Source: Candidatus Saccharimonadales bacterium (GTDB lineage Bacteria; Patescibacteriota; Saccharimonadia; Saccharimonadales; Saccharimonadaceae). Taken from it: 64,000 nucleotides of DNA. Below, piece by piece: positions 46,031 to 54,180 of the stretch (position 1 is the stretch's first letter; each line of letters starts with the position of its first letter). Below the pieces are notes generated by a model. The model had not been told where the DNA came from and ran no database searches. It was given only the letters and a program-made list of their open reading frames with translations. The translations under genes were made by a program, and so were the position numbers. The DNA is taken from NCBI GenBank assembly GCA_052103595.1, contig JBQEKC010000002.1, positions 56,131-120,130 of the forward strand, in the 5' to 3' direction.

Positions 46031-46061
46031 AATTTATATATTGTATAGCTATAGGAGACCT

Positions 46062-46490
46062 ATGAAACAAAAAATTGCTATCATCTCTAGTCTCGTTGTC
46101 AGTGGAGGTATCGCTCTTCTGGCAGCAACCGCTCCGGTCGCGGCTCTTGATGCAACGATAGGTGGCGGTGCTGAAGCCGCTCGTGGCGCCGATCAACCAG
46201 CCGATTTGTTTGGCAGCGCTGGTGTTCTTTCGACCATCACTAACGTCTTGCTCTTTATCATCGGAGCTGTCAGCGTCATCATGATTATTATTGGTGGCCT
46301 GCGCTACATTCTTTCTGGCGGCGACAGCTCAAACGTTTCAGCAGCAAAAAATACCATTTTGTATGCAATTGTAGGTATTATTGTGGCGCTTCTTGCCTAT
46401 GCGATTGTTAACTTCGTACTTGGCGCGCTGTTGGATGGTACCGGCGGCGGTGGTGGCATGAGCGGTGGTGGCGGCGCGACAAACTTCTAG
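46062..46490 (+). CDS. TrbC/VirB2-like (type IV secretion-type) pilin family protein
   Basis: Signal peptide (MKQKIAIISSLVVSGGIALLAATAPVAA), two TM helices around GGLRYILSGGDSSNVSAAKNTILYAIVG, and a Gly-rich tail. SD AGGAG upstream. Confidence 0.7.
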   Translation: MKQKIAIISSLVVSGGIALLAATAPVAALDATIGGGAEAARGADQPADLFGSAGVLSTITNVLLFIIGAVSVIMIIIGGLRYILSGGDSSNVSAAKNTILYAIVGIIVALLAYAIVNFVLGALLDGTGGGGGMSGGGGATNF

Positions 46491-46508
46491 CCTCATCTCG
46501 AAAAGAAA

Positions 46509-46542
46509 AAAGACGTCTCTCGATTCGTAGGACGTCTTTTTT
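46509..46542 (+). terminator. Rho-independent terminator after the pilin gene
   Basis: Stem aaagacgtc/gacgtcttt followed by a T-run. Confidence 0.65.
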
Positions 46543-46545
46543 CTC

Positions 46546-46635
46546 TGGCGGAGAGAGAGGGATTCGAACCCTCGGAACCGTTGCCGGCTCACTTGTTTTC
46601 GAGACAAGCCAGTTCAACCACTCCTGCACCTCTCC
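46546..46635 (-). tRNA. tRNA-Ser (anticodon CGA), CCA encoded
   Basis: Revcomp reads GGAGAGGTGCAGGAGTGG...CTCGAAA loop...long variable arm...GAGGGTTCGAATCCCTCTCTCTCCGCCA. Confidence 0.9.
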
Positions 46636-46650
46636 GTAACTTTTCTTATT

Positions 46651-47244
46651 CTACCACGGTTGCACAAACCACGCGAGCACAACGAACAGCACCACAGCAG
46701 CCATAATGCCAGCAACAATCATCCCTGCTGTTTTATATGGATGGCGCTCGCCATACGATAGATATTCAGGAAATTGCTTGGCGATATGTACACTCGCCAG
46801 TTGCTCTTTTTGTTTAGCTACCTGCTTTGCTGGAAGCGCCTGGTAGGCAGCGGCGACCGCTTCGTCTCCCCAATACAGCCCATTGAGTGAAATCTTCGCA
46901 CCCGTTTGCTCATCACGCAAAAGTAACCGTTGAAACTGACCAAAGTTTGGTTCTACGTAGGCTGGTACATATATCCCTTTCAGCGAAGCACGCTGAATCG
47001 TCTTTTTTGGCAACAATCCGCCTCGTACCGTTATGTCACGCTCAGTAATTGTTACCTTACGCCGCGCCACATGGTAAAACACACCAGCCAGCACTAATAC
47101 AACCGCACTCGCCATCAACACCCCATACGACGGGTTTGCATAACAATACATTGCAACAATGCTCCCAGCAATAAGAAACCGCACAATACCTAAATGCGCT
47201 AGGTAGGCTTTTATATTGGCAGTAATTGTTGTGGGCTGATTCAT
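46651..47244 (-). CDS. hypothetical membrane protein (2 N-terminal TM helices, PH-like middle, C-terminal TM)
   Basis: 197-aa ORF. Its architecture resembles bacterial PH-domain (YdbS/YdbT-like) membrane proteins; the family is not certain. Confidence 0.6.
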   Translation of the reverse strand: MNQPTTITANIKAYLAHLGIVRFLIAGSIVAMYCYANPSYGVLMASAVVLVLAGVFYHVARRKVTITERDITVRGGLLPKKTIQRASLKGIYVPAYVEPNFGQFQRLLLRDEQTGAKISLNGLYWGDEAVAAAYQALPAKQVAKQKEQLASVHIAKQFPEYLSYGERHPYKTAGMIVAGIMAAVVLFVVLAWFVQPW

Positions 47245-47250
47245 ATAGCT

Positions 47251-47259
47251 AGTATAGCA
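47251..47259 (-). promoter_or_regulatory. extended -10 box abutting start codon (leaderless-type)
   Basis: Minus strand reads TGcTATACT agctat ATG (N=6). Confidence 0.55.
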
Positions 47260-47289
47260 AAGCTCGCCGGCAAGCGATTACATAATAAA

Positions 47290-47317
47290 AAAGAAACTCT
47301 TTCAGAAGAGTTTCTTT
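47290..47317 (-). terminator. Rho-independent terminator after tRNA-Arg
   Basis: 12-bp perfect stem aaagaaactctt/aagagtttcttt with 4-nt loop. Minus-strand reading is followed by TTTTTTATT. Confidence 0.7.
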
Positions 47318-47329
47318 ATAGTCAATTCA

Positions 47330-47406
47330 TGGTACACCCGACAGGATTTGAACCTATGGCCTTCGGCTCCGCAAGCCGACGCTCTATCCAGCTGAGCTAC
47401 GGGTGC
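47330..47406 (-). tRNA. tRNA-Arg (anticodon GCG by hand folding), CCA encoded
   Basis: Revcomp reads GCACCCGTAGCTCAGCTGGATAGAGCGTCGGCTTGCGGAGCCGAAGGCCATAGGTTCAAATCCTGTCGGGTGTACCA. Anticodon stem TCGGC/GCCGA, loop TTGCGGA. Confidence 0.85.
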
Positions 47407-47457
47407 TCATCACATAACTTATCGTATTATAACAGAGATACCCGCCGCAATCAAGCG

Positions 47458-48063
47458 CTACAGTCGAAGCATTTTTACTAATTTATCAACAAAATCGAGC
47501 TTGATTTCTTGCATTGGCAAATACTGCCCCACTAGGTCAACAATTTCTTCGCCAGATTCTACTGGGAAGTAAACTGAAAGACCCGGGCGAAAACGCTTCA
47601 CCGGGATTAAGAAGATGGAGTTTTCTTTACCGTCATGCATCACCCCAAAGGCTTTGTAATCAGTAAAGTCGTAAAATTGCTCACCAACATACAACCCTTT
47701 TTGCGTTAAACGATATTGAATATCGCGTGATGGGCGAACCGACATTGCAACCAGCACGGCAGCAATCGCCAAAATTAAGAACGATACCGTCCACGCTTTC
47801 AATAAAAAGACATCAAGCAAAATAACCGCAACCACGACCACCGCCAAACCAACGTACCACATAGTGTTTTTCTCGGCGGCAATGTATTCTTTAGCTGTCC
47901 AGTCGACAGCTTCTGGAATCGCTTCCTCTTCCCTGCTAGTATCCACCGAAACAGCGCCGGCATTGATCGTTACACGCGGCATCGCCTGCTGACCTTCCAT
48001 CCCCGCTGCCACCCCTGGTTCTGTTGCAACAGGCTGAGGTGTTTGATTGCTCTCTTGATCCAT
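47458..48063 (-). CDS. hypothetical membrane protein (disordered N-terminus, 2 TM helices, PH-like C-terminal domain)
   Basis: 201-aa ORF with a TM pair (MWYVGLAVVVVAVILLDVFLL, TVSFLILAIAAVLVAM). No family recognised. Confidence 0.6.
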   Translation of the reverse strand: MDQESNQTPQPVATEPGVAAGMEGQQAMPRVTINAGAVSVDTSREEEAIPEAVDWTAKEYIAAEKNTMWYVGLAVVVVAVILLDVFLLKAWTVSFLILAIAAVLVAMSVRPSRDIQYRLTQKGLYVGEQFYDFTDYKAFGVMHDGKENSIFLIPVKRFRPGLSVYFPVESGEEIVDLVGQYLPMQEIKLDFVDKLVKMLRL

Positions 48064-48069
48064 AGGTTT

Positions 48070-48078
48070 AGTATAGCA
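48070..48078 (-). promoter_or_regulatory. extended -10 box abutting start codon (leaderless-type)
   Basis: Minus strand reads TGcTATACT aaacct ATG (N=6). Confidence 0.55.
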
Positions 48079-48095
48079 TACTGCTTTTGGTTGAG

Positions 48096-48395
48096 TTAAT
48101 TTTCTTGATTTCGAGCGTACAGCTCCTTGGCAATGGCAAAAAAGTCAGGCTCTTGACCCTGCTCGCGTTGGATAGCGGCCGTCTTGCCGATTTCGTAGAG
48201 CATAAAAGCCTCCTGACGACCTTCCACCTTAGATAATCCCGGGTTTTCATATGGCGGCTTTTGCAAAACTTCAGCATCGTGCTGGCCTCTCTGTAGCATG
48301 GCCTCATCCCATGCCTTTGCCTCTTCGTGTTTCCCATACGAGAGTAGGTTCACCATTTTCGTGATAGTGTTGTTACTATTGTCATCACCGACCAT
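48096..48395 (-). CDS. hypothetical protein
   Basis: 99-aa ORF, soluble and helical. The start is uncertain (internal Met at codon 14 is possible). No family recognised. Confidence 0.45.
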   Translation of the reverse strand: MVGDDNSNNTITKMVNLLSYGKHEEAKAWDEAMLQRGQHDAEVLQKPPYENPGLSKVEGRQEAFMLYEIGKTAAIQREQGQEPDFFAIAKELYARNQEN

Positions 48396-48539
48396 CTATC
48401 CGACCGCTCCATCTGAGATTATTTGTACATCTTCCCAGTCGCCACGCATAAGCGCAGTTTGCGCAGCATGATGGAGATAGGGCCACTTAGCAGTACGAAG
48501 CCATCCTCGCTCTTGCATCTTATCTACGTCTTCTTTTTC

Positions 48540-48629
48540 TGGCGGAGAGACAGGGATTCGAACCCTGGGTACGGTTGCCCGCACACACGCGTTCCAGGCG
48601 TGCACCTTCAACCACTCGGTCACCTCTCC
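48540..48629 (-). tRNA. tRNA-Ser (anticodon GGA), CCA encoded
   Basis: Revcomp reads GGAGAGGTGACCGAGTGG...CTGGAAC loop...long variable arm...CAGGGTTCGAATCCCTGTCTCTCCGCCA. Confidence 0.9.
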
Positions 48630-48742
48630 ACACTCTTTTAGTGTAGCAAATGTGCGACCTTCACAGCCAAACATAATTCACAACATTTTGCACCCCGCTT
48701 ATGGTTGCGCAGTTTTGCATTTTCACACTATAATAAGGAGTA

Positions 48743-49597
48743 ATGACAACTGCGAGCCAAACACCGGTTATTTCACTGCGGTCGCTTACGAAGCGCTATG
48801 GTGTTGGTGATGCCGAACATACGGTGCTCAACGCCATTGATCTAGAAGTAAAAAAGGGTGAATTTATCGCCATTATGGGTCCCAGCGGTTGCGGTAAAAC
48901 GACACTTCTTAATGTGCTCGGTTTACTTGATATGCCGGATGATGGTGAGTACGACCTTGACGGCACCTCTGTTGCTAAAATTTCAAGCCTCAAACGCGCC
49001 GATATTCGCAGCCAACAAATTGGTTTTGTGTTCCAAAACTTCAACCTTGTACCACGCCTGACAGTGATTGAAAATGTCGCGTTACCACTCACCTACACTG
49101 GCTACAACCGAACACGCGGCTTAAAACTGGCAAGTAAAATGCTTTCTACCTTCCACTTAAACGAACGTGAATACTACATGCCATACCAACTTTCTGGCGG
49201 GCAAACCCAGCGCGTAGCAATTGCCCGAGCTTTAGTGAACGATCCATCAATCATCCTGGCAGATGAACCAACCGGTAACCTTGATTCAAAATCAAGCCAT
49301 GTCATTATGGAGGAACTTTCTGACATCCATAAGCGCGGTAACACCATTATTATGGTGACCCACAACCCTGCCATGACCACTTATGCCGACCGTGTTATTA
49401 CCATGCTTGATGGTGCTATCGACACCGATACTGGCGCCACAACTATCAAAAATTCTCGCTCTATTCCGGTTGAAAAAACAGCGTCACTTGGTGATCGCTC
49501 ACAACCAGCAAAAAAAGAGCGCTCAGAAAAAGAAGAAACACCAAAGGAAAAAAAGAAGAAATCATCTAGCACTAAAACGAAGAAGAAAAAGGCCTAA
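48743..49597 (+). CDS. ABC transporter ATP-binding protein (MacB/LolD/FtsE-like) with Lys-rich C-terminal tail
   Basis: Walker [10 protein letters not shown], signature [15 protein letters not shown], Walker [12 protein letters not shown]. Tail is [28 protein letters not shown]. Confidence 0.92.
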   Translation: MTTASQTPVISLRSLTKRYGVGDAEHTVLNAIDLEVKKGEFIAIMGPSGCGKTTLLNVLGLLDMPDDGEYDLDGTSVAKISSLKRADIRSQQIGFVFQNFNLVPRLTVIENVALPLTYTGYNRTRGLKLASKMLSTFHLNEREYYMPYQLSGGQTQRVAIARALVNDPSIILADEPTGNLDSKSSHVIMEELSDIHKRGNTIIMVTHNPAMTTYADRVITMLDGAIDTDTGATTIKNSRSIPVEKTASLGDRSQPAKKERSEKEETPKEKKKKSSSTKTKKKKA

Positions 49598-49602
49598 CCC
49601 GC

Positions 49603-50838
49603 ATGAGAATCCTGCTCCTCAACCACATCGAAAATGCCCGCGAATCATTGCGTTCAAACAAAATGCGCACTCGTTTAACGGTGCTTGGTATCACCCTTGG
49701 TGTTGCCTGCATGACCACAATTATGGCGTTAAGCCTTGGTGCAATTAAGCTTATCGAGAACCAAGTACACGCGCTTGATGGCAATATTATCGTAGTGCGT
49801 CCAGGTGCGCCAGAAAATCGCAATATACTCCACGACATCACCAACCCTTCAAGTAGCGACTCGTTTAGCGTCAGTTCTCTTACCGAAAAAGACCTTAAAG
49901 CAGTTGAAAAAATTGATGGCGTCGCAAAAGCTGCCCCACTCATGTCGGTGACCGGTCGCGTCACCTCGCAAGACGAGACGGTCAACGATGCCACTATCGT
50001 CGCTACAACACCAGAACTCGCTAGCGTATCAGAATTTGCTATTCGCGACGGTCAATTTATCGATCCGATCACCAACGCCAATACTGCTGTGATTGGCAAT
50101 CAATTATCAGTTGATTTATTTGGTACTAATCAATCAATTGGTCAAACCTTTAAGATTCGTAATCGTACTTATACGGTGATTGGTATTCTTAAGCCAGTCG
50201 ACACTACCGTTAACTACAATAATTTCGATCTCAACAAAACTGCAATCATCAACCTCGAAAGTGGCAAAAAATTTAACGAAGGTGTGGCGCACATTCGACA
50301 AATCAATATCCGTGCCGAAGATAAAGAAAAGCTCCCCGAACTGACAAAAACCATTTCGGCTGCCATAAAAAAAGAGCATGACAATGAAGAAGATTTCCGT
50401 ATTTTAACTGGGGACGAAATTTCTCAACCAACTTCACAACTCTTTACTGCCGTTGCAGCTGCGACCACAACCGTAGCGATTGTCTCCCTCGTAATTGGTG
50501 GTATTGGTATTATGAATATTATGCTCGTGAGCGTTGCTGAACGTACCCGCGAAATTGGTATTCGAAAAGCCGTAGGTGCAAGCAACTTACACATTACCAT
50601 GCAGTTTATGATTGAAGCGCTCGCCATGAGTCTAACTGGCGGACTGGCTGGCTTTATTCTTGGGTACGCCGTCGCTTTCCTTGCATCAACCGTGTTGCCA
50701 TTTACCCCTGGATTCGTGTGGTACATTCCGGCACTAGCCTTGGCAATCTCAGTTATTATTGGCACGCTCTTTGGTATGTATCCAGCCTTGCGTGCTGCAC
50801 GTAAAAACCCTATCGACGCGCTACGGCAATACCATTGA
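49603..50838 (+). CDS. ABC transporter permease, MacB/FtsX family
   Basis: N-terminal TM helix, large periplasmic domain, then an FtsX-type 3-TM C-terminus (GIMNIMLVSVAERTREIGIRKAVGA). Starts 5 nt after the ATPase stop. Confidence 0.9.
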   Translation: MRILLLNHIENARESLRSNKMRTRLTVLGITLGVACMTTIMALSLGAIKLIENQVHALDGNIIVVRPGAPENRNILHDITNPSSSDSFSVSSLTEKDLKAVEKIDGVAKAAPLMSVTGRVTSQDETVNDATIVATTPELASVSEFAIRDGQFIDPITNANTAVIGNQLSVDLFGTNQSIGQTFKIRNRTYTVIGILKPVDTTVNYNNFDLNKTAIINLESGKKFNEGVAHIRQINIRAEDKEKLPELTKTISAAIKKEHDNEEDFRILTGDEISQPTSQLFTAVAAATTTVAIVSLVIGGIGIMNIMLVSVAERTREIGIRKAVGASNLHITMQFMIEALAMSLTGGLAGFILGYAVAFLASTVLPFTPGFVWYIPALALAISVIIGTLFGMYPALRAARKNPIDALRQYH

Positions 50839-50907
50839 TAATTAATTAAATTTATGATATAATAGAATGGTGGAAAGTCCACAACGTCCTTACGAGAGGA
50901 GAGCGTC

Positions 50908-51378
50908 ATGCTCGCCGTTTCTAACGAAAATCGCGAACTGAAGGAGTTGGCAAAAGCGCTTGAGTGCTTTAATCTAAGCTTACCGAATAAGCAGAGCAGC
51001 ACCGTATTTTCTTTCGCAAAAATTCCGAAGAGTCGCGTACACCCAAAGGTTCGACGCGGCAATCAGCTTGCAATGGGAATGCCAGAAGTTGAGGTTTCCA
51101 GCGCAAACGACCTCGTTTACATGGTCGATGACCTTGCAGACAATGAAGAGGCCCGGATCGAATGGATTAACGATTCTGTCTGGGTTCGGGTACGAATCTC
51201 TCCATTCAATAACGCACGACGCGTAATTAACGGAGATCTTTACGTCAGAGGCTATGTCATAAGTGGCATTAACGGCCGAACCTATGTAAGTGAACGAATG
51301 TTCGTCACCCTTGAAGGAGCGCCTTTCATGGTCCCCTGTGAAGTTATCGAATACGTTCGCAAAATGACGCACGATTAA
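50908..51378 (+). CDS. hypothetical protein (orphan cassette)
   Basis: 156-aa ORF with its own TGaTATAAT box (50855-50863), SD GAGAGGAG and terminator. Uses CGA/AGA/CTA/ATA codons that look rare in flanking genes, by eye. Confidence 0.5.
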   Translation: MLAVSNENRELKELAKALECFNLSLPNKQSSTVFSFAKIPKSRVHPKVRRGNQLAMGMPEVEVSSANDLVYMVDDLADNEEARIEWINDSVWVRVRISPFNNARRVINGDLYVRGYVISGINGRTYVSERMFVTLEGAPFMVPCEVIEYVRKMTHD

Positions 51379-51414
51379 CAAATCGCCTTACAGCGAGGAA
51401 GGACTTTACCACTT

Positions 51415-51444
51415 CCGCTCAGACATGATGTTTGAGCGGTTTTT
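51415..51444 (+). terminator. Rho-independent terminator
   Basis: Stem ccgctcaga/tttgagcgg (1 mismatch) followed by TTTTT. Confidence 0.6.
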
Positions 51445-52485
51445 CTATTGTAGCTCTATTTTAAATTTTTCAATTAGTTTTACGGGCGTTGGATCAACAC
51501 CGTTCAAAATCGCTACGTAGATACTGACGAAGTCAGCCAAGATGCAGCCCCATAACATTTGTGCGACAGGTGTTACCCCTTGCAAGCTTACAATGTGCGA
51601 CTTTGGCCGCAGACCGCTCAACAAGCGATCAGTTACCTCGAATCGTTTCAAGATCCGCTCATGTTCAAAATTACTGATAAGGTCAAATACAGCGTACGGT
51701 TTTTCAACTGGATGGCTTGCCCATCCCATAAATTCATTGTGGTTAAATTCTGGCAATTCATTATAAAACGCGACATTTTTGGCGTTTTCGTTCCAACTAA
51801 TTTTCCATTTGTACGCCACTGGCGCCATCATGTGGCCTGCGTAAAAAACAGCTGTTTTGCCAACACTCATCAATGCAAGTTGTTTTGCAATGTTTTGATC
51901 GGTAGTTACAGCAGCACCCCACTCGCTTGATGCGCGCTTGAGCCAATCAGCATGTTCGGCAAGCTGTTCAAAATACAGCCCGTCGAGCATCGAGAAATGT
52001 GTCAACATTTTTAGCAACGCACGTAGATTGTATAACATCGCCATGCGCGGCTGCAGACCGCTCGGCATTGGGATAAACACCATATTGTGTTGGTGGGCTT
52101 CATCAGCTAGCGCACCTCCAGCCGCTAGCACCCCCACCTCAGCACCACGTTCGCGAGCATCACGCAAACACGCCACAGTTTCTTCGGTGTTACCAGAATA
52201 ACTACTGCAAATAACCAGCGTATCTTTATCAACATAATGTGGCAGTTGATATGTACGAACGATTTCAATCTGAAGCGACGTCTCGGTTTCGAGCCAGTTT
52301 TTTGCAATAAGCGCCGCCAGCGCCGAACCGCCCATACCGGCCACAACAACCCGCTTTAGTACACGACCATCATGCTCAGGATAGAGCACCTCAGGATCGT
52401 ACGTTACCTGCTCCCACTGTGATGCGGCCACGCCAAGTGCATCTGAAGCATCCCGCTGTGCCACTACCTGTAAATCATCTAACAT
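51445..52485 (-). CDS. bifunctional phosphoglucose/phosphomannose isomerase (SIS-domain PGI/PMI family)
   Basis: VVVAGMGGSALAALIAKNW, ICSSYSGNTEETV and a second SIS-like half. SD GGGGGA upstream. Confidence 0.85.
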   Translation of the reverse strand: MLDDLQVVAQRDASDALGVAASQWEQVTYDPEVLYPEHDGRVLKRVVVAGMGGSALAALIAKNWLETETSLQIEIVRTYQLPHYVDKDTLVICSSYSGNTEETVACLRDARERGAEVGVLAAGGALADEAHQHNMVFIPMPSGLQPRMAMLYNLRALLKMLTHFSMLDGLYFEQLAEHADWLKRASSEWGAAVTTDQNIAKQLALMSVGKTAVFYAGHMMAPVAYKWKISWNENAKNVAFYNELPEFNHNEFMGWASHPVEKPYAVFDLISNFEHERILKRFEVTDRLLSGLRPKSHIVSLQGVTPVAQMLWGCILADFVSIYVAILNGVDPTPVKLIEKFKIELQ

Positions 52486-52573
52486 TCTTCCCCCACGTAG
52501 ATATTGCTTATGTCTATGTATCTATGATACAGTATTTAGTAAAGAAAAGTAATAACTTTTAGAGGTGGGAAAT

Positions 52574-53095
52574 ATGCAATTGAACAACACAACCAACATC
52601 AGCGACGACCAAGAGCTTGCGCAAGCGCTTGCTGGCGTCAATAAAGATACACTCCCGTTTGAAGAGACGCAGCCAGAAACAATCTCGCCAGTTGAAAAAG
52701 CTGAGCAAACCGTTGAAGAAGAGCCGACACCAGCCCAAGAAGAGCCAGCATCAACACCAGAACCCGAGCAAACTCCAGAGCCGGCTGGTCCTTCACCAGT
52801 GGTCGAAGAGCCGCTTGACCTTGGTACACTACCAAACCGTGAAGGTCTTGATAGTGTCAAGATTGAAGCAATCAACGAACTACGCCCACTTATTGACAAA
52901 CTCACTATTCCTGCAGAAGAAAAGTTTGACACGTACCTTCTCTTGATCCGCACAACCGACGATCAAGAACTGGTTGCGCCAGCTCACGAAGTTGCCAAGC
53001 AAATCGAAGATGAATCACGCCGTGCAATGGCTCTGCTTGATATCATTAAAGAAATTGACTACCTTTCAAACAAAACAACAACTGCAACCGAATAA
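52574..53095 (+). CDS. hypothetical acidic protein with Pro/Glu/Thr-rich linker
   Basis: ATG preceded by GAGGTGG. Motif DDQELAQALAG at the N-terminus recurs as DDQELVAPAHE in the C-terminal part. No family recognised. Confidence 0.55.
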   Translation: MQLNNTTNISDDQELAQALAGVNKDTLPFEETQPETISPVEKAEQTVEEEPTPAQEEPASTPEPEQTPEPAGPSPVVEEPLDLGTLPNREGLDSVKIEAINELRPLIDKLTIPAEEKFDTYLLLIRTTDDQELVAPAHEVAKQIEDESRRAMALLDIIKEIDYLSNKTTTATE

Positions 53096-53114
53096 GCAGT
53101 TCACCACCTCTTTT

Positions 53115-53147
53115 AAAAAAGCACAGCCGTTCTAGCTGTGCTTTTTT
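53115..53147. terminator. bidirectional Rho-independent terminator
   Basis: 13-bp perfect stem aaaaaagcacagc/gctgtgctttttt. It overlaps the stop of the convergent glycosyltransferase gene. Confidence 0.7.
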
Positions 53148-54109
53148 GGTGGAATTGCCGATTTACGCCACGCATCATCTCGTGCGATCGGCACCTCTGG
53201 CACGTCATTTGTTTGTGGATGGACAGCTTTAGCATCGTAATCAAACCCTGCAAAGTTTTCAAACAAGCGAACGGTTGCGAGCGGAATACCAGCTTCGCCA
53301 GCAAAATAACGATCAACTGTGTCGTAACTTGCTTGGTTCATGGCGTGATACACCGGTGTGAGTGCCTCATCAGCCAAAAAGTCTTTCCAAAAATGGTGTG
53401 CATTCTTTTGGTGCTCCGAACGAATATATAAGTGGTAGATCGGTTGGTCAATTGGCGCAAAAATCGTATAGTCTGCTGCAAATAACCGCAGTGAATGCAC
53501 CAGCTCTTCACCGATAAAACAAATAGTTCGCTCATACGGTACATCTACACAGCGAGCGCCCGGCCCAAACTGCAACCCACCCGCTGCAAACATGGCTTGT
53601 TCGGGCTGGCGCACTGCGCGTGGCAGAGCTTTACCAAAAAACGTTGGAATTTTGTCCATAAACATATCATGAACGATCAGTCGATTTGGGTCGGATAAAA
53701 TCAGCCGCTCGCTGCCATCATCGTTGTAACGGAACGCTGGCGGATACGACGAAAGAATCGCCTTTTCATCACCACACAGCTGCCACTGCTCTTCCAGCCG
53801 AACATCCCATTGTGAAATAAAGCGCATATGTGAATCGATTTGCAGATAAAAATCTTCGCCCGCATACAGCGCATCGCAATCTGCTCGCGCCTCGCCAACG
53901 CCGCGCGCCTCTCGCCAATCACGTTCAATAATCGTAAAACGATCATCATGATGATACTGCGCCAGCTGATCTTGGGTTTCTGGACCGTATTGATGCACGA
54001 TAGCGAATCGCAATCGTTCAGGATCGGTCGCATTTGCTAAACATGAAGTAATTGTTTTTGGTAGTTCGTCATCGCGGTAGGCCGCAATTTCAACCAAGAT
54101 TGTATTCAT
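53132..54109 (-). CDS. glycosyltransferase (GlcNAc-transferase-like GT-A fold)
   Basis: MNTILVEIAAYRDDELPKTI, WREARGVGEARA and YLQIDSHMRF resemble the Glyco_transf_GlcNAc family as I recall it. Start set by the adjacent -10 box. Confidence 0.75.
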   Translation of the reverse strand: MNTILVEIAAYRDDELPKTITSCLANATDPERLRFAIVHQYGPETQDQLAQYHHDDRFTIIERDWREARGVGEARADCDALYAGEDFYLQIDSHMRFISQWDVRLEEQWQLCGDEKAILSSYPPAFRYNDDGSERLILSDPNRLIVHDMFMDKIPTFFGKALPRAVRQPEQAMFAAGGLQFGPGARCVDVPYERTICFIGEELVHSLRLFAADYTIFAPIDQPIYHLYIRSEHQKNAHHFWKDFLADEALTPVYHAMNQASYDTVDRYFAGEAGIPLATVRLFENFAGFDYDAKAVHPQTNDVPEVPIARDDAWRKSAIPPKKHS

Positions 54110-54115
54110 GTTTCC

Positions 54116-54124
54116 ATTGTAACA
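54116..54124 (-). promoter_or_regulatory. extended -10 box abutting start codon (leaderless-type)
   Basis: Minus strand reads TGtTACAAT ggaaac ATG (N=6). Confidence 0.55.
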
Positions 54125-54165
54125 AATATCACCCCGTCTCAATTCACGACGGGGTGATATTTGTT
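54121..54165 (-). terminator. groEL terminator hairpin (18-bp perfect stem)
   Basis: aacaaatatcaccccgtc / 9-nt loop / gacggggtgatatttgtt, located 16 nt past the groEL stop. Confidence 0.7.
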
Positions 54166-54180
54166 AGCTGTGCGATGTAA

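Noticed and set aside
48396-48518. A 40-codon ORF ([17 protein letters not shown]...) ends in TAG immediately followed by the ATG of the 99-aa ORF, suggesting stop read-through or one interrupted gene.
   Set aside because: All long genes in the window terminate normally with TAG/TAA/TGA under the standard code. The short ORF has no SD or -10 box and begins right after a tRNA. It is most likely non-coding or a trivial small ORF.
48729-48742. TATAAT 8 nt before the ABC ATPase ATG as another leaderless-type start. A similar case is TATACT 6 nt before the yaaA ATG at 8622-8627.
   Set aside because: For the ABC gene, the 8-nt gap is itself a perfect AAGGAG SD, so a leadered transcript from an upstream promoter is equally likely. 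For yaaA, no TG extension or sensible -35 is present. Both were left out of the promoter feature list.
50866-50880. The string GGTGGAAAGTCC resembles the conserved GGAAAGUCC (CR-I / P4) core of bacterial RNase P RNA, raising the idea that 50866-51412 is rnpB.
   Set aside because: I could not find a downstream CR-IV/CR-V-like sequence (ACAGAA..GGCUUA). The interval reads as a clean 156-codon ORF with an SD and normal codon periodicity. It would also be longer than a typical RNase P RNA. An Infernal scan would settle this.
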